Source of the DNA: an uncultured virus (IMG/VR IMGVR_UViG_2877800095_000002)
Taxonomy: Duplodnaviria > Heunggongvirae > Uroviricota > Caudoviricetes
Strand: one strand, 5' to 3'
Virus record (IMG/VR): IMGVR_UViG_2877800095_000002
Length of the DNA: 64,000 bases
The notes beneath the pieces are model-generated. The model saw only the letters and a program-made list of their open reading frames with translations. It did no database searches and was not told the DNA's origin. Shown here in pieces: positions 46,501 through 55,000 of this stretch. Each line of letters starts with the position of its first letter. The stretch's first letter is position 1. The translations under genes were made by a program, and so were the position numbers.

Positions 46501-47119
46501 GCAGGCGAAGCGGACGAGCTTGCTTGAAGCGCGGACTGCAACTGCGGAGGGGCGCATTACCACGGTCGAGCAGGTGACCGCGAGCGACAGACAAGCCACT
46601 GCCCAGCGCATCGACCAACTTTCAGCGGAGGTGGGTAGCAACAGTGCGGCAATCCAGACGACGTCCCAGGCAGTGGCCTCTCTGGATGGGAACGTTCAGG
46701 CGCTCTACAGCGTAAAGCTCCAGGCCCATGCCAATGGGCAGTCGTACGCCGCTGGCTGGCAACTGGGCTTCGACAGCGGCACGAGCGTGACGACCATGGC
46801 GTTCCAGGCTGATCGGTTCCTCTGGTTCAACAGTTCCAGCGGGCAGACCGTGGCGCCGGTCTCGATCGTCGGAGGCCAGATGTTCATCAACAACGCGATG
46901 ATTCAGGACGGTTCGATTACGAACGCGAAGATCGGCAACGTGATTCAGTCGACCGCACTCGGTGCCAACGGCGAGCCGCTGTGGAAGCTTGATAAAGCAG
47001 GGAGTTTGACGATGAACAGCGCAACGTCCGGAGGCTTCATGAGGCAGACAGCGGAGGCCGTTAAAGTCTACGACGCGAACCTGGTGTTACGGGTACAGAT
47101 CGGGAATCTCGACGCATGA
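43553..47119 (+). CDS. Tail tip / host specificity protein J
   Basis: Lambda J motifs YPNTAL, WTDNP.W, GCT.ESEA.R.GKW; FnIII-like region. Confidence 0.95.
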   Translation: MGAENQHLTGRKGGSSKPKQPVEAPDSLRSVAMAKILLAVGEGEFAGVPSERDIYLDNTPLMDPSGNLNFPNVKWEWRAGAVDQDYIPGIPAVENETSVNVELRSDTPWVRSLSNTQLSAVRLRFAWPALQQQDTNGNIGGYRIEYAVDLATDGGAYQEVLREAVDGKTTTRYERSRRIDLPAATNGWQVRVRRLTPNQNNNRIADTMLIAGYTEVIDAKLRYPNTALLYVEFSAEQFSNIPAVTVDCRGRKVQVPSNYDPETRAYLGIWDGTMKQAWTDNPVWHTYDIVTNDRFGVGKRIKAWMVDRWEMYRISQYCDQLVPDGKGGQEPRHTCNLNLQSRAGAWELLRDLTAIYRGMAYWAQGQLKIQADIPRATDVDFAYTRANVIDDRFSYGSASERTRYSRALVSYDNPANNYDTDVAVATDKRLQRRYGDNPVEVAAIGCTRESEAQRRGKWAILTNSQDRTITFRTGMDGAIPLPGWVIPVADALLAGREIGGRISAVAGRVITLDRDTQAKAGDRLLLNLPSGKAEARTVQSVTGRAVTVTTAYSETPLPELVWTLDADDLAVPLYRVMKVSQPERGVFEITALQYEPGKFSAIDTGAKLESRPISVIPITTVAPPASVTLTSHYQFDQGLAVSTMTIAWPVVEGAVAYDVEWKKDSGNWIRLPRAGTTSVDVTGIYAGGYLARVRAVSAFDITSVWKSSILTQLSGKTGAPPALAFLRTTSGPWKIGLEWAFPASGAADTAYTEIQQSVTPGGSEQNATALGLFAYPTDTHTLTSLAAGARLAFRGRLIDRTGNVGPWSAWVDGISSTDASEYNELITKEYVESALGEQFFADIDQMQVDISGLQDQIDNLTDVLAYDPTKTYAKNDIVRVGNRLYQAKQAVPLNASPPNATYWADIGQSIETANGLAQQVATNTADITELDGKVEAAASSLDVLQAAARREPATGEKADALKGWDTIARAATEVTVRANEDEAQAKRTSLLEARTATAEGRITTVEQVTASDRQATAQRIDQLSAEVGSNSAAIQTTSQAVASLDGNVQALYSVKLQAHANGQSYAAGWQLGFDSGTSVTTMAFQADRFLWFNSSSGQTVAPVSIVGGQMFINNAMIQDGSITNAKIGNVIQSTALGANGEPLWKLDKAGSLTMNSATSGGFMRQTAEAVKVYDANLVLRVQIGNLDA

Positions 47120-47400
47120 GCTATGGCATCCGAATTCGAAACGCAGCCGGAGGGATCGTGATGGACCTCACCGGCCAGTCGGCGCGGACTGTATATCGAC
47201 AATCGATTGGAGCGATCACAGGAGGAATGGCAGTGAGTATTCCCGGCTTTGATCCCGCTCGTGGTGTAGTTTTCTTAATCTCAAGCGGCTACCCATTTGG
47301 AAACGTCCCTTCCTATAGAATATCTGGAAATGTAATTACGTTTTTGCGAGACGGATCTCCAAATGTTACCTATGTCCTGCATGCGGTAATGTTCTCATGA
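47116..47400 (+). CDS. Small tail-associated protein
   Basis: MSYGI.I start, ATGA-coupled to J. Confidence 0.7.
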   Translation: MSYGIRIRNAAGGIVMDLTGQSARTVYRQSIGAITGGMAVSIPGFDPARGVVFLISSGYPFGNVPSYRISGNVITFLRDGSPNVTYVLHAVMFS

Positions 47401-48062
47401 GCTACGGTATCCTTGTTCGAGGGAACAATGGGCAAACAATTATCGATGACTCAAACCCCTGCATGCATATTGTTGAAGGTGGGGTGTATGGCGTTCAAGG
47501 AGCGGTGGAAATTGTTGTAAACTACTCGGCGCCAATTAATTCGCCCTACGAGCCATATGTATACTTCTGTCCTAATGGGCCTCACCAGATTTATAGATTT
47601 CGACATCTGGGAGGGGCTGGGGCTTGGTCTGGATTTGCGTTTTACCAGTCTAGTTTCCAAGATACCGACCCGCCGGTATATGGAGGAAAGTGGAAGGCCG
47701 CAGCAGTCATGCTACCCCGTATAGGAGGGTGGGGCATGCATGTATTCGATGCTCAGTCGCGTGTCATGTTCGACAGTAATCGCGAGATTATACGGTTTGT
47801 TGGAGGGGCGCAGGAGTGGGAGTTATACGCACATAACCCTAATTGGCCCGGAGGTATGCACATGCAAACATGGGCACTTCCATATCCATATGGGTTGTCC
47901 ACCTATTTTCTGGTGAGTCATTTTAATCTAAAGCATATCTATACTCTGGAACCCCCTCGTATAGGGTTCTTGTACAATTCCCGGGTCATGATTTTCGTCT
48001 CCTCGTTAGTTCCGGATGAGATCGGATTTAAGTTCAACTGGCCACTCATTGTTGTCGCGTAA
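47397..48062 (+). CDS. Tail-associated protein
   Basis: MSYGI..N..Q.IIDD, WGM.VFD....MFDS repeat. Confidence 0.7.
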   Translation: MSYGILVRGNNGQTIIDDSNPCMHIVEGGVYGVQGAVEIVVNYSAPINSPYEPYVYFCPNGPHQIYRFRHLGGAGAWSGFAFYQSSFQDTDPPVYGGKWKAAAVMLPRIGGWGMHVFDAQSRVMFDSNREIIRFVGGAQEWELYAHNPNWPGGMHMQTWALPYPYGLSTYFLVSHFNLKHIYTLEPPRIGFLYNSRVMIFVSSLVPDEIGFKFNWPLIVVA

Positions 48063-48078
48063 TTTGATGGAGGCTTAA

Positions 48079-49203
48079 ATGGCATGGTATTCAACCGGCA
48101 CCGTCGCGGTGACAGAAAATAGCCCGACCGTCACCGGCACCGGAACTCAGTTTTCTTCTAATGTCCGGGTAGGCGACGCCTTTATTGCCCCTGACGGGCG
48201 CCTCTACGAAGTGAGCAACGTCGCCAGTTCGACGGTCATGTCGATAAAGCCCAACTACCGGGGCAGCACGGCTAGCGGCCAGCCCTATGCGGTGGCGCCA
48301 ATCCTGGGTTACGACAAGGAGCTGAGCGATCGATTCAACCTGATAGCGAACCAGTGGGGAGGGACGCTGGCCGGCATTCAGCCGTGGGCAACGGCACCGA
48401 CGCCGGCCCAGGCGAGGAACTCGCTCGAGTTGCGCAGCGCCGCCCAGGCCGATATCGGTACAATGCTTGGAAACGCCATGCCGGTCGGCGCATTCGGGAT
48501 TGGTTCTGAGCGTCCTGACCGAGCACCATCGATTCATCGTTATGCGACAAGCGTCGAGATATTCGATTCGACAACTGTTGACTCCGTGGCAACTGGCATT
48601 AGCAACGGATCTGTGTTGACGATCGGCTACGACGGATCCGACTTGCGAGGAGCGCAGATGTTTTTCGGCCAGGTGCCGGCATCTACGGTCAAAGGTCGGT
48701 GCGGGAAATTCTCGTCTGCCCCTATTTTCGAGTTCTACACGACTATAAACACGACGAGAGCAACCGACGGGACGCTTCGTGCTGCATCGCCGGTCGTGCG
48801 TATCGCCAACGTTGATGGGAGCTTGAGACCGGACCTCAACGAACTGGACTTCGAGCCTGCGGGGGCTTGGGGTGTAGCCAACGCAGAGGCCCGCGGCGTT
48901 ACTGTTCAACGGCTCGCCGTTGGCGTCTACAAGGTCTCTGGTAGCCTGGGGCTAGCGAAAGAGGGCTGGCGCGTGATCGACCCTGCGTCTCCCGACGGCG
49001 GTCGCCCACTCGGTATCACTGATAGCGAACAGGCTGAGGATGGGACGGTCACCATCCGGCTCTTCAAACAGCGCTGGACACTCAGTGACGACGGCGAAAT
49101 GGTGCTCGGGAAGGGCGCCCCACTGGATGTCCCGCTCAACAGTTGGATCGATGTCCGATTGTCGATGCCGGCACCTCCCGAGATGCAGCCCGAGACTCTA
49201 TGA
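48079..49203 (+). CDS. Tail fibre protein
   Basis: WY..GTV.VT..S.TVTG.GT.F N-terminus; DGTL.AASP..WIDVRL C-terminus. Confidence 0.8.
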   Translation: MAWYSTGTVAVTENSPTVTGTGTQFSSNVRVGDAFIAPDGRLYEVSNVASSTVMSIKPNYRGSTASGQPYAVAPILGYDKELSDRFNLIANQWGGTLAGIQPWATAPTPAQARNSLELRSAAQADIGTMLGNAMPVGAFGIGSERPDRAPSIHRYATSVEIFDSTTVDSVATGISNGSVLTIGYDGSDLRGAQMFFGQVPASTVKGRCGKFSSAPIFEFYTTINTTRATDGTLRAASPVVRIANVDGSLRPDLNELDFEPAGAWGVANAEARGVTVQRLAVGVYKVSGSLGLAKEGWRVIDPASPDGGRPLGITDSEQAEDGTVTIRLFKQRWTLSDDGEMVLGKGAPLDVPLNSWIDVRLSMPAPPEMQPETL

Positions 49204-49205
49204 CC

Positions 49206-49231
49206 AGCCCGCACTCTGCGGGCTTTTTTTT
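49206..49231 (+). terminator. Intrinsic terminator
   Basis: AGCCCGCA-CTC-TGCGGGCT then T run. Confidence 0.8.
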
Positions 49232-49247
49232 GTGCCTGGAGATCAGC

Positions 49248-49877
49248 ATGCCTATCACTGAGCAGCAACTGCTGCAAATCCTCCCGAACGCCGGCCCTCG
49301 CGCCGGCGTTTTTGTTGGTGCGCTGAACCGCGGGATGACGCGCTTCGGTATCACGTCGCCTGTGCGAGTCGCCGCGTTTCTGGCCCAGATCGGCCATGAA
49401 AGCGGCCAGTTGACCCGCCTGGTGGAGAACCTCAACTACAGCGCGCGCGGCCTGGCTGCGACCTGGCCGATTCGCTACCTCGGCGCCGACGGGCAGCCCA
49501 ACGCGTTGGCGCAGCGCCTGGCGCGCAATCCTCGGGCCATCGCCAACAACGCCTACGCCTCGCGCAACGGCAATGGCGACGAGGCCTCCGGCGACGGCTG
49601 GCGGTACCGCGGGCGCGGGCTGCTACAGATCACCGGCCGGGCGAACTACCGCGCCGCCGGCGCCGGGCTGGGCCAGCCGCTGGAGCAGGAACCAGAGCTG
49701 CTCGAGCAGCCGGAATTCGCTGCGCTGTCGGCGGCCTGGTGGTGGGCCAGTCACGGCTTGAACGACCTGGCCGACCGCGGCGAGTTCGCCGCCATCACTC
49801 GGCGCATCAACGGCGGCACGAACGGCCAGGCGGAGCGCCTGGCGCTGTGGGAGCGGGCGAAGAGGGTGCTGTCGTGA
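49248..49877 (+). CDS. Endolysin, glycoside hydrolase family 19
   Basis: FLAQIGHES, ENLNY, YRGRGLLQITGR.NY, RINGG.NG. Confidence 0.95.
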   Translation: MPITEQQLLQILPNAGPRAGVFVGALNRGMTRFGITSPVRVAAFLAQIGHESGQLTRLVENLNYSARGLAATWPIRYLGADGQPNALAQRLARNPRAIANNAYASRNGNGDEASGDGWRYRGRGLLQITGRANYRAAGAGLGQPLEQEPELLEQPEFAALSAAWWWASHGLNDLADRGEFAAITRRINGGTNGQAERLALWERAKRVLS

Positions 49878-50242
49878 TCTCCGCCCGTCCTTTATCGGTC
49901 GCGCTGGCCTGCCTGCTACTGCTCGGCCTCGGCGCCGCCGGCGGTGTCTGGCTCGGCGCGCGGCACTACCGGCCGCAGCTTGATGCTGCGCTGGCGGATC
50001 TGGTCGCCTGCCGCGCCGCCAGGGGAGGCCTGGAGGACGCAGTGGCGGAGCAGGTCCGGCAGGTTGCCGCGCTGCGTCAGGCTGGCGAGCAGCGCGCCCG
50101 GGATGCCGCGCAGGCTGTGGATCGGGGACGGCAGCAGGCCGCGGAGCAGTATGCCGAAGCCCAGCGCCTGGTACGTGAGCGAACCGCCGGCGGGCAGTGT
50201 GCGGCCGCCGAGGCGGTCATTGATCAGGAGTTGGGTCTATGA
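49874..50242 (+). CDS. Rz-like i-spanin
   Basis: N-terminal TM plus coiled coil after the endolysin. Confidence 0.75.
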   Translation: MISARPLSVALACLLLLGLGAAGGVWLGARHYRPQLDAALADLVACRAARGGLEDAVAEQVRQVAALRQAGEQRARDAAQAVDRGRQQAAEQYAEAQRLVRERTAGGQCAAAEAVIDQELGL

Positions 50243-50502
50243 GGGTGGTGCTAATGCTGGTGATGGGCGCGCTGGCGGGATGCGCCGGCCAGGTCGAGCC
50301 TGAGCCGCGCACGGTGCGCGTAGAAGTGCCTGTTGCGGTGCCGTGCCGAGTGCCGGCGGTAGAAGTGCCGGCCTGGGCAGCGGCTGGGCTGAAGAAGAGC
50401 GACGACCTACAGACCAAGGTCCGTGCGCTGCTGGCCGAGCGGCGGCAGCGGATTGGTTACGAGGCGCAACTCCTGGCTGCGAACCAGGCCTGTCAGAATT
50501 AG
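50239..50502 (+). CDS. Rz1-like o-spanin lipoprotein
   Basis: Lipobox LAGC, Pro-rich. Confidence 0.8.
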   Translation: MRVVLMLVMGALAGCAGQVEPEPRTVRVEVPVAVPCRVPAVEVPAWAAAGLKKSDDLQTKVRALLAERRQRIGYEAQLLAANQACQN

Positions 50503-50537
50503 GAGTAGACTACGGCCTTTTCCTACGGAGCAGGGCG

Positions 50538-50801
50538 ATGCTGGTCATTCGATTCAAGGGCTGGTCGGTGAAACTCGACCACCAGGTGGGTGGAGCAGGG
50601 AAGTTCGGCATCTGGTCATTCCACGGCTCGGAGAGCAGCTACGTCCCAGACATGCAGACGATTCTCCGGCATGCAGCGATCCGGCCGGCGGAGCCGAAGG
50701 AAAGCGGCGAAGTCGAGGTATTCATCTGCGACGCGCGCATGCCGCAGAATGAGTGGCGTGCCATAGGGACGGGCGTTGCTGCCTATGAGGCGGAGCGCTG
50801 A
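50538..50801 (+). CDS. Phage hypothetical protein
   Basis: GGAG RBS; start MLVIRF. Confidence 0.6.
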   Translation: MLVIRFKGWSVKLDHQVGGAGKFGIWSFHGSESSYVPDMQTILRHAAIRPAEPKESGEVEVFICDARMPQNEWRAIGTGVAAYEAER

Positions 50802-50905
50802 GTCTAACTCCGTCTGGGTGTGGATGTTGAGAGCTAGCTGTTTTGCTAGTGGTTGCGGTGTTGTTGGCTACCGAAACTGCGCGCTCGAAGCACGGAAGGA
50901 ACGCC

Positions 50906-51394
50906 ATGGATATCGAACGGACGCATATTCACAGCCAGCACGGCATCAACTTCAGCTTGGCGATCATTCGCCTCGCATGGGCGGAGCGCAGCCGGCTGCT
51001 TCACATGAAGTACTGTCCGTCAGTGAAAGCCAGTCACGCGACTGCTGATCTTGCGGTTGAGGTTTTCGACCGGATGCAGGCAAAGGACCGACCTTGCATA
51101 CTGAGGGTTTTTGTCTCGCTGCCCCTGACCCGAGCTCAGGCTGACTCTCTGAACCAGCAGCGTGTCACCGTTGCTGGCATGGTCGGTATGCTTGCGGGTG
51201 TAGCCGGTAAACGCATCAACACTTTTGTTGGAGTTGGCAGCGGCCTTGCAGTTCGTTGGGCGACTCAAGAGAGTCTGCCGACTTACCACTCCGGTGATGT
51301 CGTAATCAGCGTTGAAGGGGAGGTGTCCGGCGGGATTGGGCCTCAGCATTCGGTCAAGTCGGAGATCGTCCAGAGCGCGGGAGAGCCCGCATGA
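50906..51394 (+). CDS. Glycine-zipper protein, candidate membrane toxin
   Basis: VAGMVGMLAGVAG..VGVGSGLAV; AAGGA RBS. Confidence 0.6.
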   Translation: MDIERTHIHSQHGINFSLAIIRLAWAERSRLLHMKYCPSVKASHATADLAVEVFDRMQAKDRPCILRVFVSLPLTRAQADSLNQQRVTVAGMVGMLAGVAGKRINTFVGVGSGLAVRWATQESLPTYHSGDVVISVEGEVSGGIGPQHSVKSEIVQSAGEPA

Positions 51395-51636
51395 ATGATG
51401 TCATCCAGTTCGCCATCTGGACTGTAGTCATTGTTGCGGTCGGTCACCTAGTGCGCAACAGGGAGGTCCGTAAGTGGCTTGGGATCGCTGTGTTTGTTGC
51501 GGCTTGGGTGCTTATTCTTCGCTTCTCCTCGGTCAAGTTGGCAGGCTTTGGTCTTGACATCTTGGGGATTTGCCTTGGCATCCTCGGGGTTGACCTTTTC
51601 GTTCGTAGAGACCGCTTCTCGAAAGCTGACGAGTAA
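51391..51636 (+). CDS. Small 3-TM protein, candidate immunity protein
   Basis: ATGA-coupled to the upstream gene; hydrophobic. Confidence 0.65.
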   Translation: MNDVIQFAIWTVVIVAVGHLVRNREVRKWLGIAVFVAAWVLILRFSSVKLAGFGLDILGICLGILGVDLFVRRDRFSKADE

Positions 51637-51773
51637 GAGTTGTTGGCTAATAAGAAAAATATGTTTGTTCGAGTGCTAACGTAAGTTGAGTTTGTTGAGC
51701 AGCTTCGTGCGCTTAGTACGGTGCTGTCGGCTAGGTAAATGTCAAGTTTCTATAAGTTTGAGAGATAAATTCT

Positions 51774-52271
51774 GTGGAAATAGACCTGACTCCTGAGGTA
51801 AGAAAAGCACTGCACTCAGTTTACGAAGAGGTTATGTGGCTAGCTGGCCGGCCGAATGTGACACCAAGTCGGGCGAGAGCTTGGTATACCCATGTCATGG
51901 CAGAGAGCTTAAAGCGTCACATTCGGAGGTTTACGGGAATGGTGTCGCATAAAGCTGTCGTGGATAGTGGAGCGGACTTACGCTTGGAGCATTATATGCG
52001 GATCCAGACCACGCTGACGCAACTAGTTGATCTTCATCGAAGTCGGAAAGTGTACGATGTGGACGGGTTTGTACGTACACTAATAGATTGCGAGTCTGTT
52101 CATATTGTAACGAAGGATGAGAACTATGCGGCTATGCGTGCAAAAGGGTGCTACGAGACGGCTAAGATTCAGCTTGTAGCATGGGGTGAGATTCACAAGC
52201 AACGCCGGGATGAGCTTTGGCGATTGATGTTGCGAAATAAAGTTTCAAACTACAATAGCTTTCGAGACTGA
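51774..52271 (+). CDS. AT-rich hypothetical protein, possible His-Me (HNH-like) nuclease
   Basis: LRLEH...VHIVTKDEN spacing. Confidence 0.55.
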   Translation: MEIDLTPEVRKALHSVYEEVMWLAGRPNVTPSRARAWYTHVMAESLKRHIRRFTGMVSHKAVVDSGADLRLEHYMRIQTTLTQLVDLHRSRKVYDVDGFVRTLIDCESVHIVTKDENYAAMRAKGCYETAKIQLVAWGEIHKQRRDELWRLMLRNKVSNYNSFRD

Positions 52272-52420
52272 CGGGAGTGCTCTGCCGAGAAATACTTGTT
52301 TAAAGCGAGGTTGTTCTTTTCTCCAAACGCCTTGGTCGGCTCGCCGACTAGCTTGGCCCGCATCGACAGCGCGTCGACGAACTCGTGAAGTGCCGCGTAC
52401 TGCGAAAGCCTGCCGTACAT
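52250..52420 (-). pseudogene. SOS response-associated peptidase (SRAP) remnant
   Basis: MYGRLSQY..LHEFVDALSM against the family start MCGR; truncated. Confidence 0.65.
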
Positions 52421-52616
52421 CGCATCGTTCCAGCCGGAGTGATGCGGTAAGTGGAGTTCAGGTGGGCCAGCGCCACGGCCGGAAGTCACCGGGGATCTGC
52501 TCGGCGAGTTGCAGCGTCCCGCCGGCCTCGAGTTCGATCACGAGGTGCGAGGTCGTAGTGGCGGATTGTGGGGAGGAAAGCGCTAGCTTCCCTCTCCGCC
52601 CGGTAAGTCCGTGTAC

Positions 52617-53822
52617 CTACCGACTTGGGAACTGCAAAACTGCCGAGCCTTTCTTTTCGTCGGAGGTGGATTTATTTTGTTCCTTCTGCCTCAGGCGAAT
52701 ATCTACAACCCTATCTTTATCGTCTGCAGAAAAATACCCCGAAGGCAAACAGCAAAGCTCTTCAAGGATACTAGTTGGAACTCCTAGAACGTCTCTCAAG
52801 GCATTTTTAGAGAGTATCTTATGCTCAATAAGCATCATGACACTCCTCTTAAGAAGCTTGGGGGTCTCAAACTCAAACTCTTCGTCCAACGGCTCTTTTT
52901 TAACCCACCCCCTGGCCGATCTAGCCTTCCACAGCCGAAGAGTAACTTCAGGACTTGATATCTCCAAGTCCTGGCTTCTCTTTATCATCGCTGCAATGGA
53001 AACCTTCCATCGAGGCTTGAGAGAGAGAAAAGCATCCAAGGTTGGCCACTTTATCTCATTAGAAAAGCTCTCGGCCGGCATCAGAAATGCGCTAGCAAAT
53101 CTATGTGCCTGAGATTCAAGTAGGTGATAATTTGCCTTGTACTCGTCGGCACCTATTCCTCGATGAAGAACCAGGTGACCTAGCTCATGCGCAGCATCAA
53201 ATCTGCTTCTAGCTGGAGCAGCCTTGTCAGAAGCCAGCAAAATATACGGCCTGTTGTCTACATCAGACCACCGAGAAACGCCATCCATTTTCACGTAGCC
53301 GATTTCCGATCTGGCTACTACGGCGCCATAGCTCTCCAGAACATGGACTACATCAGAGATAGGCCCCCTGCCCAGCCCCCACCTGTCTCGACACTCTTCC
53401 GCTAAATGCTCAATCTCGCAATCTTGGATCAGCCGGACGTCGCCACCATCATAGGCGGGGATATTGATATCCGGGAACTCAAGGCTTTCTTGGAGTTTAT
53501 ATGAAACTTCTTCAACCCATTCAAGCCTAGCTTCGGCGGAATCTTTTGCTCCTCGACAAGTGGATACTTGGGATCGGAAGAACCCAGGTCTAGTAACTCC
53601 GGACCTAATTGGCGATTCAAGCAGCCATTTTTCTGGAACACCAAACGTCTCACAAATCTTCTTGAAGCTAGAAGACTCAGGAAAGCTATCCCCCTTCTCC
53701 CACTTCGAGATATTACTGGTGGAGCAAGAAAGAAGCTCGGCAAGCTTGGCTTGAGTCATCCCAGTAGACGCGCGCAATTGTTTTAGGCGTGCTGACTGAA
53801 ATCCTAAAATACCTGTTCGCAT
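52617..53822 (-). CDS. XRE-HTH plus ImmA/IrrE Zn-peptidase (RmrA-like antitoxin)
   Basis: TQAKLAELL..S.ISKWEKG; RFDAAHELGH; E.QA.RFASAFLMP. Confidence 0.9.
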   Translation of the reverse strand: MRTGILGFQSARLKQLRASTGMTQAKLAELLSCSTSNISKWEKGDSFPESSSFKKICETFGVPEKWLLESPIRSGVTRPGFFRSQVSTCRGAKDSAEARLEWVEEVSYKLQESLEFPDINIPAYDGGDVRLIQDCEIEHLAEECRDRWGLGRGPISDVVHVLESYGAVVARSEIGYVKMDGVSRWSDVDNRPYILLASDKAAPARSRFDAAHELGHLVLHRGIGADEYKANYHLLESQAHRFASAFLMPAESFSNEIKWPTLDAFLSLKPRWKVSIAAMIKRSQDLEISSPEVTLRLWKARSARGWVKKEPLDEEFEFETPKLLKRSVMMLIEHKILSKNALRDVLGVPTSILEELCCLPSGYFSADDKDRVVDIRLRQKEQNKSTSDEKKGSAVLQFPSR

Positions 53823-53843
53823 AACCTGCTGCCTCTATTAATC

Positions 53844-54512
53844 TCACTCTTGATTATCTGCCTCATTGCCCTCATCTTCGCGCATGCGCTGACGAAGCTT
53901 AGGCCATACTCCATCGAAATCAGTGGGGCTAGCCGCTTCATTATATCCAGCCATAAAGTCACTCATACTTTGCCATACATGATAATGGCTGGTGCTGCTG
54001 TAATAAGGAACAGCAATCAATATATCCAACGGCCTGGACTGATCCATGTGGGGGGAGGGTGAAAAAGGAATAATTACAGCATTCAAAGTATCGTCTGCCG
54101 AAAGAGGCTCAGAATTCTCATCAAGGAGACTCATTTGTGGTGAGGTGAGAAATTTATTTAATCGAGAGTTATTCAGTCTGTACTTCGCAGGCCTGACTGT
54201 CTTTTTCCATGGCTTGATGGCAGCAGTGATTTTTATGTTTCCCATAGTCATGAGAGTATAAAACTCACCCGCAGGCTGAGTAGTAGTCACTGAGGAAGAC
54301 CACGTCCTAGACAGGCCCGCTAACCCGTCTTGAAGAAAACTATATCGGTCTTGGGCGCGCTTGCGACCTTTAGGTATGTTGACCAACTCGCCAGCAGCTT
54401 GGTGAGCCTTCTGAAATGCTTGCGGGATGATCGTAAGGATCTCTTCAAAATGCCCGCGCGGTACCTGGTTGCGGATAAAGGTCAAAATCTCATCTTGAGT
54501 CTTCATTGACAC
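53844..54512 (-). CDS. Hypothetical protein, candidate RmrT-like toxin
   Basis: Low GC; 21 nt upstream of the HTH-peptidase gene, same strand. Confidence 0.7.
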   Translation of the reverse strand: MSMKTQDEILTFIRNQVPRGHFEEILTIIPQAFQKAHQAAGELVNIPKGRKRAQDRYSFLQDGLAGLSRTWSSSVTTTQPAGEFYTLMTMGNIKITAAIKPWKKTVRPAKYRLNNSRLNKFLTSPQMSLLDENSEPLSADDTLNAVIIPFSPSPHMDQSRPLDILIAVPYYSSTSHYHVWQSMSDFMAGYNEAASPTDFDGVWPKLRQRMREDEGNEADNQE

Positions 54513-54687
54513 TCCGAAATCGCCAATATTCCTAAAGCGGATTTTATAGCTTATTTTTTTCCTTTTGACCAGAGTCTCGCCCGACGAAATCGAGGGATCC
54601 GGATCCCAAAAAATGCCCGCACCCGCGGGGCTTTAATGAGTGGTCACCTCCACACCCTGCCAGTCCACACCCTGCCAGGGCTAGGCT

Positions 54688-54752
54688 TTGGCGACATTCG
54701 GGCATGAAGTGAAGCTGATTGCTCCGTATTTCGTACGCCCTTTCGTCAAGGG
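54688..54752 (+). pseudogene. IS110-family transposase fragment
   Basis: GHEVKLIAPYFVRPFVKG motif. Confidence 0.6.
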
Positions 54753-54790
54753 CGTGGGAGTCTCCGGCGAACGAGCGGGCCGGAACCAGG

Positions 54791-54806
54791 CTGCGTGGAT
54801 ATACAG
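54791..54806. promoter_or_regulatory. LexA box
   Basis: CTGCGTGGATATACAG matches CTG-N10-CAG. Confidence 0.6.
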
Positions 54807-54899
54807 TCATCCGGGGGAGGCGACGAGTGGAAAGCTGGTCGGAGGAGAAGCGGTCGTGTCAGTGGAGGGACTGGTAAAAAATGCTCGCCCTGGAAGGTC

Positions 54900-55000
54900 T
54901 TGCTACGAATTTGCTACAGCAAATTGAATTTGTTTCGTAACTATATGATTTTATTAGGTAATTTTTTCTAGTTTGACCGATCCATCATCGGCGCAACGGA
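54900..55000. other. attR region with arm-type repeats, IHF-like site and junction in dusA
   Basis: TTGCTAC at 54900 and 54911; AATCATATAGTTA (minus) at 54938-54950; dusA similarity ends at about 54980. Confidence 0.75.

Larger units (their letters stand above)
1..54982. mobile_element. Lambdoid siphovirus prophage integrated in dusA; left end lies outside the window
   Basis: Gene order int-xis-recombination-cI/cro-replication-Q-terminase-head-tail-lysis, ending at a split dusA 5' end. Confidence 0.95.

Noticed and set aside
43553..49203. Diversity-generating retroelement or invertible tail-fibre cassette
   Set aside because: No reverse transcriptase, invertase or duplicated variable region seen
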